NCBI RefSeq assembly: GCF_006345805.1
Contig: NC_043000.1
Span: 58,342,001 to 58,406,000 of the forward strand
DNA from: Octopus sinensis
Taxonomy: Eukaryota
Reading direction: 5' to 3'
DNA length: 64,000 nucleotides
The stretch's first letter is position 1, and the number at the start of each line of letters is the position of its first letter. A program made the position numbers and the translations under genes. Below the pieces are notes generated by a model. That model was given only the letters and a program-made list of their open reading frames with translations. It searched no databases and was not told the origin of the DNA. Shown here one piece after another: positions 62,693 to 64,000 of the stretch.

Positions 62693-63414
62693 GTCCGATC
62701 AGTGGATGACCTGAGGTTAATCAAATAGTCACATATTTTTAATGAGCATTTTTCTGGGACAAGGGAATTAAAAAATCAAATTCAGCGTGAAATATTACAT
62801 CACTATACCAAATTTAAAATTTTTTTACTTAATTTTAAAATTTCAAAAACTGTGATAGCAACAAAAAAGACTCATAAGTCTTTTTTCTCTCTGATGAAAT
62901 AATTCAAAACAAACGTTCAAACAGGATTGTAAACAATTTAGAAAGGAGAATTCCTCAATAAAATCTGTTTGCGAAAAATTACTGTACGTTATACTGTAGT
63001 AAAAGTTCAGTTCATGTAAATAGTTAATATATTTTTTGTATCGAAAATTCAAAAACAAAAGTTCAGAATATATGTATTCGTCAAAGAAAATAGGTAAATA
63101 AAATACACGTAGTGGTTGTAGTAGTTTTCAGCAGACAGTTTGGCTTTTTACTATGGTAACAGGCACCACTGGGTCTTTGGCTTTCGATTGGCTAAAATCC
63201 CCAAAATTTGCAAACTTTAAAAGCTATTAACATGTTATTTATTACTTTATGATAAAAATGAAAGTCATTTTCATAAGTAGCATACAAAATTACGTCAGTA
63301 CACTAAATTTGAAAATATCTGGAACAAAATTAATAAATAGCAAACTATGACAACAATAGAAAAGAAATCTAGAAATTTAGTGCTTCTTGATCTAAAATGG
63401 CATATATGTAGGAT

Positions 63415-63900
63415 AGTACAGTGTGGGAAATCCTTTACCTAGTGAAACACTTGCTAGAGCACTTGAAAGATTTGAAAGAAAACATTGTCTTCAAGACATA
63501 ACGTCGCATCCTCAAGGAAATACACAAGAGGTAAAACACGGCTACTGCAAAATATGTGTGAAATTTTTTTGTCTATAACAGCATTTTAAAAACAGAAAAT
63601 AATACCCTCTGGACAAAACTACTATGACTGTGATTATATGTGGGAAATATTTTATTCATTATTTGAATCTTATTCACAACTTAGTTACACTGGAGAAAAA
63701 GAAACCGTTCCATTGTGATTTATGTAATCTTTGATGACATAAAAAATACGCACGGGAAAACAAGAGTATTACTATGAAATAAGTAAGAAAACTTTTATCA
63801 GTAGTAAAAATTTAAATAGCTATGAACGTATGCAAAATGGAGGAAAAACCATGTCACTGTGAAATATGAGGCAACACTTTGGTCAATAATGGTGACTGAA
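63415..63900 (+). pseudogene. Decayed C2H2 zinc-finger array
   Basis: Frameshifted relics QCGKSFT, YCKICVKFF, YTGEK-KPFHCDLC, KPCHCEI*GNT resemble HTGEKP-linked fingers; many stops. Confidence 0.62.
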
Positions 63901-64000
63901 CAACTGTTCAAGAAAACAGGAAGATAGCGTAAGATGTAATGAATAGAAATGTATTGGTTTTACGACAGAAATGTAAATATTTTATAACTGAATTTAATCA

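Overview
AT-rich eukaryotic DNA, most likely an octopus/cephalopod genome (inferred from composition, microsatellite load and repeat types). The window holds two convergent spliced genes. (1) The 3' part of a peroxidasin gene on + (10 coding exons, 1384-30244: Ig domains, haem peroxidase domain, C-terminal VWC domain); its 5' exons lie upstream of the window. (2) A 3-exon gene on - (46936-34323) for a 154-aa THAP zinc-finger protein with an HCF-1-binding DHSY motif; the ORF track shows only its first exon. A peroxidasin intron carries an antisense, internally deleted Ty3/Gypsy LTR element (16384-19324, ATTAC TSD) with a -1 frameshift pseudoknot and a non-canonical primer site matching the 5' end of tRNA-Phe. 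The most unusual signals are minimal type I hammerhead-ribozyme motifs of the Penelope-like-element kind: four within 1.2 kb of one (TA)n-rich intron, a decayed tandem pair near 7 kb, and one in the tail of a tRNA-headed SINE-like element at 61 kb. Also present: a decayed duplicate peroxidasin exon, a 9-copy SINE array with a CpG gradient, LINE and DNA-transposon relics, MITEs and a C2H2 zinc-finger relic. All reading was by eye; repeat boundaries are approximate and nothing was checked against a database.
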